From: Oscillospiraceae bacterium
GTDB taxonomy: Bacteria; Bacillota; Clostridia; Oscillospirales; Ruminococcaceae
Reading direction: 5' to 3'
Length of the DNA stretch: 64,000 nucleotides
Assembly (NCBI GenBank): GCA_029266315.1
Contig: JAQSXA010000010.1
Span: forward strand, 37,398-101,397
The notes beneath the pieces are model-generated. The model had not been told where the DNA came from and made no database searches. It saw only the letters and a program-made list of their open reading frames with translations. This document shows positions 19,776 through 31,667 of this stretch, piece by piece (the first letter of the stretch is position 1; each line of letters begins with the position of its first letter). Both the position numbers and the translations under genes were made by a program.

Positions 19776-19851
19776 TGGTGGACGATAACGGGCTCGAACC
19801 GCTGACCCTTCGCACGTCAAGCGAATGCTCTACCAGCTGAGCTAATCGTCC
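19776..19851 (-). tRNA. tRNA-Val (anticodon GAC), CCA encoded
   Basis: Reverse strand is GGACGATTAGCTCAGCTGGTAGAGCATTCGCTTGACGTGCGAAGGGTCAGCGGTTCGAGCCCGTTATCGTCCACCA. The cloverleaf folds by hand: 7-bp acceptor, D stem GCTC/GAGC, anticodon stem TTCGC/GCGAA with loop TTGACGT, and T loop TTCGAGC. Confidence 0.9.
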
Positions 19852-19875
19852 ATGTCACTTCAAGCGACGTAGGCA

Positions 19876-19904
19876 ATTATACAACACGAAATTTAAAAAA
19901 GCAA
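19876..19904 (-). promoter_or_regulatory. Promoter TTGCTT-17-TATAAT for the stand-alone tRNA-Val
   Basis: Reverse strand reads TTGCTT ttttaaatttcgtgttg TATAAT. The -10 ends about 25 nt upstream of the mature tRNA 5' end. Confidence 0.6.
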
Positions 19905-20121
19905 GGGGTTTGTCCAACTTTTTTACATTATTTTTTCTAAATACAAATAATCCGCATTGCATCGCGCTAAAATCGATTCAAAAACTTATCCTGCTCAACA
20001 AATCCGAAGGAATCCGGCGTTTAGTTGCAAAATATAAAGCTATTTAAACTATACAGGCCATAATTCAAAAATTCAGCGATTTGCCGCCGCTTTTTCTAGT
20101 TAGCATTTTACCTTGCTAAAC

Positions 20122-20130
20122 TGTTATAAT
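20122..20130 (+). promoter_or_regulatory. Extended -10 element TGtTATAAT upstream of the amino-acid ABC operon
   Basis: TGTTATAAT at 20122-20130, about 38 nt upstream of ATG 20168. There is no good -35. Confidence 0.45.
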
Positions 20131-20167
20131 GAGACCTGTTCAAATAACAATTGAAAGGACGACCTTC

Positions 20168-21076
20168 ATGAAAAAGATTATATGTGCAACTCTTGCAGCC
20201 GCAATGGCGCTTGCTATGACCGCCTGCGGTGGTGCTTCTTCCAGTGTTTCTGCTCCTGCATCCTCCACCCCTGCTTCCTCTGAGGCACCGGCCGCCTCTT
20301 CCGTCGCCCCCGCAAAAGAAACATACGTCGAGCTGACCGAAGACCTTGGTGCCGAAGAATACGGCATAGGCTTCCGTAATGCAGACATCGCCTTTGGCCT
20401 TGAGGTGCAAAAATACTTAGATGAGATGATCGCCGACGGTACCGCCGCCAAAATCTCTGAGACGTGGTTTGGCACCGACGCACTCTTTAAGGGCAAAGAT
20501 TATCTTGAAGAAACCAAAGCACCCGCAGACGACAAGTCGCTGGAAGCTATCAAGTCCAAGGGCAAGTTTATCGTCGGTCTTGATGACAGCTACCCCCCTA
20601 TGGGCTTCCGTGACGAAAAGAATGAAATCGTTGGCTTTGATATCGATCTCGCCAAGGAAGTTGCCAAGCGCATGGGCGTCGAAGTTGAATTTCAGCCCAT
20701 TGATTGGGATTCCAAGGAGCTTGAGCTCAACGCAGGTAAAATCGACTGCATTTGGAATGGTATGACGATCACGCCCGAGCGCGTCGAAAATATGTATTTC
20801 ACCAAGTCCTATATTGCCAACCAGCAGATTATCATTGTCCCCGCTTCGTCTGGCATCACCACAAAGGCACAGCTTGAGGGCAAGATTGTCGGATTGCAAA
20901 AGGGTTCTTCTTCGCTTGAGGCTCTCACCTCCGACCCCATCGGCGAAAAGGTCAAAGAAATCGTAGAATATCCCGATAACGTTTCGGCCTACATGGATTT
21001 GCAAGCTGGACGAATCGATGTTTTTGTTGTAGACTCTGTCGTGGGTCGATATGTTATCGCACAGAATGCTCAATAA
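20168..21076 (+). CDS. Polar amino acid ABC transporter substrate-binding lipoprotein
   Basis: The lipobox is MKKIICATLAAAMALAMTACGG, followed by a Ser/Ala/Pro linker. An SBP_bac_3-like core reads GKFIVGLDDSYPPMGFRDEKNEIVGFDIDLAKEVAKRMG. AAAGGA precedes the ATG. Confidence 0.88.
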   Translation: MKKIICATLAAAMALAMTACGGASSSVSAPASSTPASSEAPAASSVAPAKETYVELTEDLGAEEYGIGFRNADIAFGLEVQKYLDEMIADGTAAKISETWFGTDALFKGKDYLEETKAPADDKSLEAIKSKGKFIVGLDDSYPPMGFRDEKNEIVGFDIDLAKEVAKRMGVEVEFQPIDWDSKELELNAGKIDCIWNGMTITPERVENMYFTKSYIANQQIIIVPASSGITTKAQLEGKIVGLQKGSSSLEALTSDPIGEKVKEIVEYPDNVSAYMDLQAGRIDVFVVDSVVGRYVIAQNAQ

Positions 21077-21104
21077 TTAATACGGAAACGGTGGTCGTAT
21101 ATCA

Positions 21105-21758
21105 ATGCTAAAAAACTTTTTTGACATCGCCGTACTGCTGACAGACGGTGTCAAATATACGCTTGTGCTGTTTGCGGTCACCATTGTTGGGTCGATGCCG
21201 CTGGGTCTGATGCTCACATTTATGCGCATCGGCAAGAGTACCGTCTTGCGTGCAATAACCAGCTTTTATGTATACATAATGCGTGGTACGCCATTATTGT
21301 TGCAGCTCTACTTCTTTTATTATGGCCTACCGTTTATCCCCGGTATGAAAAACGTCATCGTGCTTGACCGACTGACTGCTGCAATGCTCGCTTTTGTATT
21401 AAACTATGCGGCCTATTTCTGTGAGATATTCCGCGGTGGTATCATTTCAGTGGATAAGGGACAATATGAGGCCGCCCGTGTTCTGGGATTCTCAAAGGTG
21501 CAGACTCTATTTAAGATCGTACTGCCACAGATGCTGCGTGTTTCGCTGCCCTCCATTGCCAATGAAAGTATCACGCTGGTTAAGGATACAGCGCTAGTCA
21601 CGGTTATCGGCGTCACCGAAATTTTGTATTTCGCCAAAGCGACGGTCAACCGTCAGGCGGTCTTCACCGCTTATCCCGTGGCGGCGTTGTTCTATCTGCT
21701 GATGACTTATATCATCACCAAGTTGTTCGATCAGCTCGAACGCAAATATAACTTTTAA
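21105..21758 (+). CDS. Amino acid ABC transporter permease (His/Glu/Gln/Arg/opine family)
   Basis: 217-aa polytopic protein with an EAA-like loop (YEAARVLGFSKVQTLFKIVLPQ). Confidence 0.9.
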   Translation: MLKNFFDIAVLLTDGVKYTLVLFAVTIVGSMPLGLMLTFMRIGKSTVLRAITSFYVYIMRGTPLLLQLYFFYYGLPFIPGMKNVIVLDRLTAAMLAFVLNYAAYFCEIFRGGIISVDKGQYEAARVLGFSKVQTLFKIVLPQMLRVSLPSIANESITLVKDTALVTVIGVTEILYFAKATVNRQAVFTAYPVAALFYLLMTYIITKLFDQLERKYNF

Positions 21759-21776
21759 AGGGGGCGCGCTGATATT

Positions 21777-22520
21777 ATGAGTATTATTGAAGTACGCAAC
21801 CTTAAAAAGAGCTTTGGCGATGTAAAAGTGCTCGACGGCGTTTCATTCTCGGTCGAAAAGGGAGAAGCCATTGCGGTCATCGGGCCTTCCGGCTCAGGCA
21901 AAAGCACTATGCTGCGCTGTCTGATCGGTTTAGAGCGTGCCGATGGGGGCGATATTGTCATTGAAGGCGACCCGCTCATGCAGAATGGTGTCTATGTTGC
22001 CGACTCACAGATGCGTCAGGTGTGTGCAAAAATGGGCATGGTGTTTCAAAGTTTTAACCTCTTTCCACATATGACGGTGCTTGACAATCTGATTGCGGCA
22101 CCAACGATGGTACGTAAAGAAGATAAGACCGAAGCCACCGCGCGTGCGCGCACACTGCTGAGTGATGTTGGGCTCTTGGATAAGGCCAATGTCTACCCCG
22201 CGGCGCTTTCAGGCGGACAAAAGCAGCGTGTGGCCATTGCCCGCGCACTGATGATGAACCCCGATTTATTGTTGTTCGACGAACCCACTTCGTCGCTTGA
22301 CCCTCAGCTGACCGCTGAGGTACTCGCTGTGATGAAGAAGCTCGTGGCTAAACGCATGACGATGATCGTCGTAACCCATGAGATGGGCTTTGCCCGTGAA
22401 GCAGCAGATAAAGTAATGTTTATGTGCGATTGTAACATCGTTGAGATGGGCACCACAAAAGAAATTTTTGATCATCCTAAAGACCCTCGTATTCGGGAAT
22501 TCATACAAAGTATTTTATAA
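21777..22520 (+). CDS. Amino acid ABC transporter ATP-binding protein (GlnQ-like)
   Basis: Walker A GPSGSGKST, signature [15 protein letters not shown] and Walker B LLFDEPTSSLD. Confidence 0.92.
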   Translation: MSIIEVRNLKKSFGDVKVLDGVSFSVEKGEAIAVIGPSGSGKSTMLRCLIGLERADGGDIVIEGDPLMQNGVYVADSQMRQVCAKMGMVFQSFNLFPHMTVLDNLIAAPTMVRKEDKTEATARARTLLSDVGLLDKANVYPAALSGGQKQRVAIARALMMNPDLLLFDEPTSSLDPQLTAEVLAVMKKLVAKRMTMIVVTHEMGFAREAADKVMFMCDCNIVEMGTTKEIFDHPKDPRIREFIQSIL

Positions 22521-22633
22521 CGTAATACTAGTCCCCCATTTTTTATCTTACAAGGGCGAGGAGAATAGCGGGCTGTTGCCCACCGAATAAGAGGACGTTA
22601 AAGGACAAAAAAGCCAAAGATATAGTGAGCCCT

Positions 22634-22676
22634 AGGCTGTATTGCATTTAAATTCATGCAATACAGCCTGTTTTTT
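22634..22676 (+). terminator. Intrinsic terminator of the amino-acid ABC operon
   Basis: Perfect 14-bp stem aggctgtattgcat / atgcaatacagcct with an 8-nt loop, then gTTTTTT. Confidence 0.85.
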
Positions 22677-22736
22677 GCACTTTTTTGTGTGCTTTTTCAT
22701 ATCATGCTACTGTAAAAAGCATGCAGGAGGTTTGTT

Positions 22737-23468
22737 ATGCCAAAAATATATTTAAGTCCCTCAACGCAGGAGGGCAACTTTTATGTCACCGGCGGATCTG
22801 AAGAATATCATATGAATCAGCTGGCCGACGCTCTTGAGCCATACTTACGCGCAAACGCCATTGGCTTCACCCGAAACAAACCCGACCAAAACGTCGTTAC
22901 AAACATTCGTCAATCAAACGCCGGAGATTATGCGCTGCACCTAGCACTGCACTCCAATGCTGCGCCAGAATACGGCACCTTGCGCGGCGTGGATATTTAC
23001 TATTTTCCCGGCAGTTATTCGGGGCAGCGCGCAGCAAACATTGCGGTGCGGCGCTTTAAAGAGATCTATCCGCTACCGGACAAGGTACGGGCGCTTTCCA
23101 CGACGAGACTCGGCGAGGTGGATAAGGTTAATGCGCCTTCACTGTTTATGGAAATCGGCTACCACGACAATGAGGAAGACGCCAACTGGGTTGCCGACAA
23201 CCTTGATACCATCGCCAAAGCACTGGGACAGACACTTGCAGAGTATTTTGGACAGCCGTTTGTCAATCCGATTCAGCCACAACAGGCAACAGTCTCCACC
23301 TCGGGTTCAAACCTGAACCTTCGCGCACGCCCCAGCACCTCAGCGGCGGTCATCGGCAGCATCCCACGCGGTGCCAAGGTCACAGTCTATGGTTTACTGC
23401 CTGAGTGGGCCAGTGTGTCTTATAACAATAACATAGGTTTTGTCAACAGAAAATTCTTGAATATTTAG
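22737..23468 (+). CDS. N-acetylmuramoyl-L-alanine amidase (Amidase_3-like) with C-terminal SH3 domain, no signal peptide
   Basis: MPKIYLSPSTQEGNFY...LHLALHSNAAPE...MEIGYHDNEEDANWV resembles MurNAc-LAA amidases. The C-terminal NLNLRARPSTSAAVIGSIPRGAKVTVYG...ASVSYNNNIGFV is SH3b-like. AGGAGG precedes the ATG. Confidence 0.7.
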   Translation: MPKIYLSPSTQEGNFYVTGGSEEYHMNQLADALEPYLRANAIGFTRNKPDQNVVTNIRQSNAGDYALHLALHSNAAPEYGTLRGVDIYYFPGSYSGQRAANIAVRRFKEIYPLPDKVRALSTTRLGEVDKVNAPSLFMEIGYHDNEEDANWVADNLDTIAKALGQTLAEYFGQPFVNPIQPQQATVSTSGSNLNLRARPSTSAAVIGSIPRGAKVTVYGLLPEWASVSYNNNIGFVNRKFLNI

Positions 23469-23490
23469 ACCACGCCAAAATGCTTTAGCA

Positions 23491-23520
23491 AAAGCGCGCC
23501 GCTTATCCGTCGCGCTTTTG
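23491..23520 (+). terminator. Putative terminator after the amidase gene
   Basis: Stem aaagcgcg / cgcgcttt with a 12-nt loop. A short T-run follows. Confidence 0.45.
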
Positions 23521-23586
23521 TAGGCGTTGCAGCATAAATATTTATTTTTTTAATGGAGAATTCGTCAAACGTTTACAGCTTTATCT

Positions 23587-23615
23587 TTGACATTGAAGCT
23601 TTTTCAGGCTACAAT
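23587..23615 (+). promoter_or_regulatory. Promoter TTGACA-17-TACAAT for secA
   Basis: Hexamers at 23587-23592 and 23610-23615, leaving a leader of about 125 nt before ATG 23747. Confidence 0.65.
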
Positions 23616-23746
23616 ACTAAATGGTGTTTGCGAGTGGTCAAATTAATTTAATTTTATAATCTGCCATGTTCCGCTTATGCTGTTCTAATACGGACAAAAT
23701 TAATACGAAAGAATTTTTAAAATTAAGATAAAAAGAGGTATCGCCG

Positions 23747-26470
<2,724 letters not shown>

Positions 26471-26499
26471 ACGCGCAGTCAAATCATATATTCTTTATC

Positions 26500-26531
26500 T
26501 TGAGGCTGCCGCGGTTTAGCGGCAGCCTCAA
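26500..26531 (+). terminator. Hairpin after secA (terminator-like, weak U-tract)
   Basis: Perfect 13-bp stem ttgaggctgccgc / gcggcagcctcaa with a 6-nt loop. The downstream tctaaagttt is only weakly U-rich. Confidence 0.5.
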
Positions 26532-26787
26532 TCTAAAGTTTAGTGTCGTATAGCTTCTCTCAGCATAAATGGCGATGCGAATGTGTTTTTCTGCTCTTTC
26601 CATAAACTTGTTTTTAAAAACTATTAGATTCTATGCAAATATGCCAATTTTCTCCTAGCACGCATAAAAATTCCAATATTTTAACACTTTGTTATTAATG
26701 AATCTGCGTAAATGCTCATAAAGATAGCTAAAGAGGCCTGTGTATTTCTGGGGCTTTTTTTCAAGAGGGCTTTCATTATTTAAACGT

Positions 26788-26815
26788 TTGATGTATGATA
26801 CGTAACGGTTATAAT
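26788..26815 (+). promoter_or_regulatory. Promoter TTGATG-16-TATAAT for the four-gene ABC-2 module
   Basis: Hexamers at 26788-26793 and 26810-26815. This leaves a leader of about 135 nt before TTG 26959. Confidence 0.55.
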
Positions 26816-26958
26816 GTCATCAGCCAAATGTCCCTTTTGCGTAGAAAGCTTGTTTTTGATTGCTTCCGCCTTTAAGTATACAGCGGTGGAATATACTTTC
26901 GTTCTAGTTGCATATTCCCAAACACAATTTGCCGCCGACGTGAAAAGAGGGTGTTGCC

Positions 26959-27633
26959 TTGCTAAAGCTCTATAAATTGCAAAAAAGCTATGATAAGAGG
27001 CGCCCTGTTTTAAGAGAGGTCACCTTTTCGCTCGAACCAGGCACGGCTATTTGCATCGCTGGTAGAAATGCCACGGGAAAAACCACTTTACTGCGTCTGG
27101 CGTGCGGCCTAATTTTTCCGGATTCTGGTACCGTCAGCTGCAGCGGAAGAATTGCTTTTGTTCCTCAGGAACCCGCGCTGCTGCCGGAACTCACGGTAGT
27201 GGATAATCTAAAGTTATGGTATTCGGCTCAGGGATTAGATGGTCCGTCGTTTGGCGAGGAGTCACTTGAAACACAGTTTGGGCTTTTGCCTTTTCGAAAA
27301 AAACGTGCTGGAGCACTCTCAGGCGGAATGAAAAAGCGCCTATCAATTGCCACAGCACTGGTGGGCAGCCCTGATTTTCTTTTGCTAGACGAGCCTTTTG
27401 CCGCGTTGGATGCACCAGGCTGCCGTGAATTATCTTTACTGCTTTGCAAATTAAAATCGAAAGGAATCGGTATTTTATTCACGTCACACGAACCGCAACA
27501 GATAGCCGCTCTCGCCGACCACGTTTTTCTGCTGGAAGACGGACGACTTTCAAAGACATTGACACTTTGCAATACTCCCGAAGAGCAGCGTGAACCAAGC
27601 GTTTTATCTCTGCTTTTCAGTAATGCGCTATAA
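26959..27633 (+). CDS. ABC transporter ATP-binding protein (ABC-2 exporter type)
   Basis: Walker A GRNATGKTT, signature LSGGMKKRLSIA, Walker B LLLDEPFAALD and H-loop TSHE. TTG start lies 7 nt after AAGAGGG. Confidence 0.85.
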   Translation: MLKLYKLQKSYDKRRPVLREVTFSLEPGTAICIAGRNATGKTTLLRLACGLIFPDSGTVSCSGRIAFVPQEPALLPELTVVDNLKLWYSAQGLDGPSFGEESLETQFGLLPFRKKRAGALSGGMKKRLSIATALVGSPDFLLLDEPFAALDAPGCRELSLLLCKLKSKGIGILFTSHEPQQIAALADHVFLLEDGRLSKTLTLCNTPEEQREPSVLSLLFSNAL

Positions 27634-27683
27634 CGTATAACCATGCCGTAATACGGCTACGAGAGAATAACAGGAGGATTTTC

Positions 27684-29300
27684 ATGAACGAGAACAACGA
27701 AGCTAATTTCAACTCAGCGGCAGTCACCACCCTGCCACCACCTGTTCCGCAAAATAAGGCGGGCAAGTCAAAACTACTTATCGGGGTCGCTGCTGTCTGC
27801 GCGATTGCAGCTGTTGCGGCAGTTGTTAAATTCTCTTCCACCCCCGATCCCAAGGCGACAGTAGAAGCCGCCTTTACCGCAACTGCTAAGCAGCAACAGG
27901 CCGTAACCGATAAGATATATCAAAAGGTTCCTGCTGCCAAGCTGATGTTTGAGGGTCGTGAAGGCGCCACGACTTCCGATTTTGACCTTACAATTAAATC
28001 CATTGAGGATAACCCATATGCTGCTTTTGCAAATGTTATTCTCCAGGATGCCGGCATCCGCGGCAAATTCAGCAACGACCCCGCGCAGAAAACTTCCGCT
28101 TTTAACACATCGGTTTATCTTAAAGATGCGCCGATGATTGATGTAAGCGCTTTTATGTCACCAGAACTCATAGTGGCGAGTGTACCAACCTTTAGCCAGA
28201 CGAATGTTTCGATGAATCCCACCACCTTTGCGAAGGATTATGCCGGCAGTGCACTTAATGCTGTCTACCCGGTGGATGGGCCGTCGCTGGAAATGATGCA
28301 GGGTGTCATCACCGGTCAAATTGATTACATCAATGCCATCAGCTCAATTTCTTCCGAGAAGATGCTGGCTGACATTATGCCCATCTTTAAAGGCGCACTA
28401 ACTAATGCGACCTATACATATGACAAACAAAGCAAAAAATATGTGGTCAATATCCCCGGGGAAGATCTTAAAACTACTGTAGTCAACTACTATCGCTATA
28501 TCTATTTTGATTCCGAATTGGGTGTGGCGATGGAAAAGATGATGAGTCCTACAGCCTCTGCTCTCACGCCCGACCTCTCCTATGAGGACATGATGAACGA
28601 AACCATTTCCAGCATTGAAGAAAGCCTGCCGGTTATGGACGCCAAGCTGGCGTTGGATATTAAAAACGGTCTGATTAAATCCGCCAATCTGGTTTGCACC
28701 CCCGTTGCGCCAGCCGCCTCTTCCTCCTCGCCTGAAAGCGCCGTCTCACCTGAGATTACGGTGAGCAGTCTTGTTTTTGATTGCACCTTTGACGATGCCA
28801 TCAACACAGCAAAACTTGTTATCACCACTGAAGACGCCATGAGCATGACAGTGGATGCCACTGCTACTCTTTCCAACGACACCTATGCGCTGGATATGGC
28901 GGTAGGAGTCGATTCCGGCTCCGTCACATTTAACATGCCGCTGAATATCAGTATTGCAGCTGATGGTGCTTACAACTGCGCCGCTGATATGAATATCGAG
29001 GCGGGCGGTGAGCCCATTAATGCCGGCTTCGCTTTTAACGGCACTGCTGTGCTTGAAAACGACGTGCTTACTGTGAGCCTGCCCGAGTCCCGCGTTTATG
29101 TTTCGGCCACAGATGCCGCCACCGGCACATTGGTGTTTGACCTCGACTACGCCAACGCGCCTTTAACCGAAGCATTGACCGCACCTGAGAGCACCTCGCT
29201 CTTTGCGTTGGATGCGCAACAATTTGAACAGTTGAGCAATGAATATTCCGTCGGGTACGAAAGCCTTGTTGGTCAGCTTTACAGTCTGCTGATGGGCTGA
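27684..29300 (+). CDS. Hypothetical membrane-anchored protein, large extracytoplasmic domain of unknown function
   Basis: 538 aa. There is a single N-terminal TM (LLIGVAAVCAIAAVAAVV) and a long Ala/Thr/Ser/Asp-rich region with no motif I recognise. AGGAGG precedes the ATG. It sits between the ABC ATPase and two permeases. Confidence 0.6.
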   Translation: MNENNEANFNSAAVTTLPPPVPQNKAGKSKLLIGVAAVCAIAAVAAVVKFSSTPDPKATVEAAFTATAKQQQAVTDKIYQKVPAAKLMFEGREGATTSDFDLTIKSIEDNPYAAFANVILQDAGIRGKFSNDPAQKTSAFNTSVYLKDAPMIDVSAFMSPELIVASVPTFSQTNVSMNPTTFAKDYAGSALNAVYPVDGPSLEMMQGVITGQIDYINAISSISSEKMLADIMPIFKGALTNATYTYDKQSKKYVVNIPGEDLKTTVVNYYRYIYFDSELGVAMEKMMSPTASALTPDLSYEDMMNETISSIEESLPVMDAKLALDIKNGLIKSANLVCTPVAPAASSSSPESAVSPEITVSSLVFDCTFDDAINTAKLVITTEDAMSMTVDATATLSNDTYALDMAVGVDSGSVTFNMPLNISIAADGAYNCAADMNIEAGGEPINAGFAFNGTAVLENDVLTVSLPESRVYVSATDAATGTLVFDLDYANAPLTEALTAPESTSLFALDAQQFEQLSNEYSVGYESLVGQLYSLLMG

Positions 29301-29441
29301 TTTAGCCACCGGGGCACATCCTGACCTTCGGCCAAAACGCCCCTTTTCGCGCCGCGTAACACGAGCGAAAAGGGGCGTTTTGGCGGTTTGCATAGCGAAG
29401 TTAATTTTGATTAGATGGTTAAAAAAGGGGGGACGATACAC

Positions 29442-30569
29442 GTGAAACTGGTTTTTCAGGGCTGGCGCATCGCAATCTGGCACAGCCTAGGCGCAGTGCT
29501 AAATATTCTGATTTGTCTTGCACTGCTTTTTGCATCGGCATTGGCCGTGCTGCGCACTGCACCCAAGCCCGAACCAGTCAACTTGGCTATCCTCAGTATC
29601 GATGATTCATCCATGCCCGCTACGTTAATTTCCTCTGTAATGGCCTCGCGTTTTGAAGGAGTCGCAACGGTGGTGTTGCTTAAACCAAACGATAACACCG
29701 ATGATTATGCCGCCGTGCTGACACTGCCGCAGGGTTTTTGGAACAGCATCATGACTGGGGAGAATCTTGCCCCCGCCCTCACCGTCAACGTTTCATCACC
29801 GCTAGAGGGGCTATGGATACGTCAGTTGGCGCAAGCCGCGGGGCGTACGCTGCTAAGTGCACAGAACGCTGTAGGCGGTATGGTTTCGGCTATGTATGCC
29901 GAGGGTTTATCGGACGATGAAATTAATCAGAAGCTATTATCGGCCGATATGGCCTTGATGGAAAGCTATTTGACCCGAAAGGGGCTGTTTGACAGCCAGC
30001 TACTGCGCACCACTGGAGATGTCACAGCCATAGCTTATTACGGTGGTTCTGCGGTCTCGTTCGTCTTTTTTGCGCTTTTGTTTCTGTTGTTTCCTCCGCT
30101 TTACGCACTGCGGCAGTTTGCAGCTTTTTCTCGGCGCCGATGCGAAACCTTTGCCAGTTGCATTCTCACTGCCATAACGCTGTATGCAATGCTTTGTCCG
30201 TTGGGAATCATTGCGCTGGGTACACCGATTCAAAAAATTCTGGGTGGCAGTAGTCTTCTTTTGATTTTGCTTTGCGCGTCTCTACTGGTTTTTTGCACCG
30301 CCACTTTTAAGTCTACCCCCGCTTGTGCCGCGGCAGTCACCGGATTGGCTCTGATTCAAGCGCTGTTTGGAGGCGGCTTACTTCCCCAAGCAATGCTGCC
30401 GCCGTCGCTGCTGCCGTTGTGCCGCCTGCTGCCGCTTTCGCTGATGCGCCGCCTGACCATCGATTCGGCTTTTGGAGTCGGGTTTTCCGACACAGCGGCA
30501 ACTCTGCTTTGGTGCATCTTTTTTACCGGGAGTGCGCTGCTGTTGTGGTGGCGAAAGGAGGCGACGTGA
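29442..30569 (+). CDS. ABC-2 type transporter permease (subunit 1)
   Basis: TM1 is followed by an extracytoplasmic loop of about 150 aa, then 5-6 C-terminal TM helices. I place the start at GTG 29442, 9 nt after GGGGGG (the track gives 29415). Confidence 0.65.
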   Translation: MKLVFQGWRIAIWHSLGAVLNILICLALLFASALAVLRTAPKPEPVNLAILSIDDSSMPATLISSVMASRFEGVATVVLLKPNDNTDDYAAVLTLPQGFWNSIMTGENLAPALTVNVSSPLEGLWIRQLAQAAGRTLLSAQNAVGGMVSAMYAEGLSDDEINQKLLSADMALMESYLTRKGLFDSQLLRTTGDVTAIAYYGGSAVSFVFFALLFLLFPPLYALRQFAAFSRRRCETFASCILTAITLYAMLCPLGIIALGTPIQKILGGSSLLLILLCASLLVFCTATFKSTPACAAAVTGLALIQALFGGGLLPQAMLPPSLLPLCRLLPLSLMRRLTIDSAFGVGFSDTAATLLWCIFFTGSALLLWWRKEAT

Positions 30570-31606
30570 TTTTGCCCAAGTTCCTCATTCTGCTTGGCTT
30601 ATTTTTAAAATACCGCCTAAAAAGCGCCGCTTTCTGGGCCAGTGCCGCTGTTTTATTGCTGCTGTTTGGCAGCTTTGCACTGCTCTGCCCTGTTGCACGT
30701 CCACCTTCAGCGCAGATCGGTTTGATGTATGACGCTTCCGATATCGCCTTGCAAGCCGCCTGTGAACCGCTACTCAAATCGGACGCACTATATTTTATCT
30801 GGTACCCGCCTGAGGAACTGCCTGCCATGCAGCAGGATGTGCGCAATGGTGTTTTGCACTGCGCCTATTACATCAACCCTCAGAATAATCCGCCACTTAC
30901 TGTCTATGAAAACGAGGGTGCATTTCTTACCCCCGTCACTGACGAGTTGGTATTCGCCGCGTGGTTTGAAACGCAGTTACCTCAAACCGTCCTTTCAATC
31001 TCCGAAAAACTCGGTTTGAAAGATCATGAGCTTATCGCTTCTGAAATGCGGCGATTGCAGGCACAGAGCAGCCCGATGACGCCATTACTGACACTGAACG
31101 CCGCCACAGCACCACAGTTATCAGGCAGTGGTCTGGCACCATTACTCTATGCGGTGCTTATTCCTATGTTTTTGCTTTGCTGCGCTTTTTCTGCTATGCT
31201 GGCTCCAACCCGTGAACGAGAATTGACGGCACTTTTACGCCTGCGCTGTCCGACGCATCGTCAGCTGCCCCCTACCGCTGCGGCGCTGGCACAGATGTTA
31301 ATTTTTGCCACGTTGCCCTCGCTTTGTGAGGCGTTGTTGGTGCTTTTGAAAATTGATACAGGTTATGCGCCGGTCGCGCGCCTTACGCTGATAGTCTTAT
31401 TAGCGTTGTTGGCGGCGCTGGTTGTCATCGTCGTTTCATGTTTTCGCCCAAACACTATGCTGTTGCTGGTGATGGTATTGTGGGCAGCAGCCTCGGTTGT
31501 ATTTTCCGGAGCTATCATCTCGCCCGAGGCCTTTGGCAGTTTTAGCGTGCTGAAATACTTGTCTCCCTCGTGGCATTTGCTACGGCTCATGACTGCTTTA
31601 AGCTGA
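30566..31606 (+). CDS. ABC-2 type transporter permease (subunit 2)
   Basis: Same topology as subunit 1. GTG 30566 follows AAGGAGG and overlaps the upstream stop (GTGA). The track's longer ORF from 30323 overlaps the preceding gene in another frame. Confidence 0.65.
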   Translation: MILPKFLILLGLFLKYRLKSAAFWASAAVLLLLFGSFALLCPVARPPSAQIGLMYDASDIALQAACEPLLKSDALYFIWYPPEELPAMQQDVRNGVLHCAYYINPQNNPPLTVYENEGAFLTPVTDELVFAAWFETQLPQTVLSISEKLGLKDHELIASEMRRLQAQSSPMTPLLTLNAATAPQLSGSGLAPLLYAVLIPMFLLCCAFSAMLAPTRERELTALLRLRCPTHRQLPPTAAALAQMLIFATLPSLCEALLVLLKIDTGYAPVARLTLIVLLALLAALVVIVVSCFRPNTMLLLVMVLWAAASVVFSGAIISPEAFGSFSVLKYLSPSWHLLRLMTALS

Positions 31607-31667
31607 CAACCTGCCAAACCTGTCATAACAAAAGCGGGCGCGGGTTTCTATCCGCCGTCCGCCTTTT

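Noticed and set aside
20140-21073. Minus-strand ORFs (118, 89, 100 and 218 aa) over the amino-acid SBP gene
   Set aside because: They are antisense to a well-supported lipoprotein SBP. They have no motifs and no RBS.
26814-26975. 53-codon plus-strand ORF (MSSAKCPFCVESLF...) in the ABC-2 leader, overlapping the ATPase start
   Set aside because: It has no RBS, and the ATG sits inside the predicted -10 hexamer, so it would not be in the transcript. I recognise no motif beyond a single CxxC.
30323-30565. 81-codon upstream extension of the second permease ORF
   Set aside because: It overlaps the first permease in another frame. GTG 30566 has an AAGGAGG RBS and a GTGA coupling overlap.
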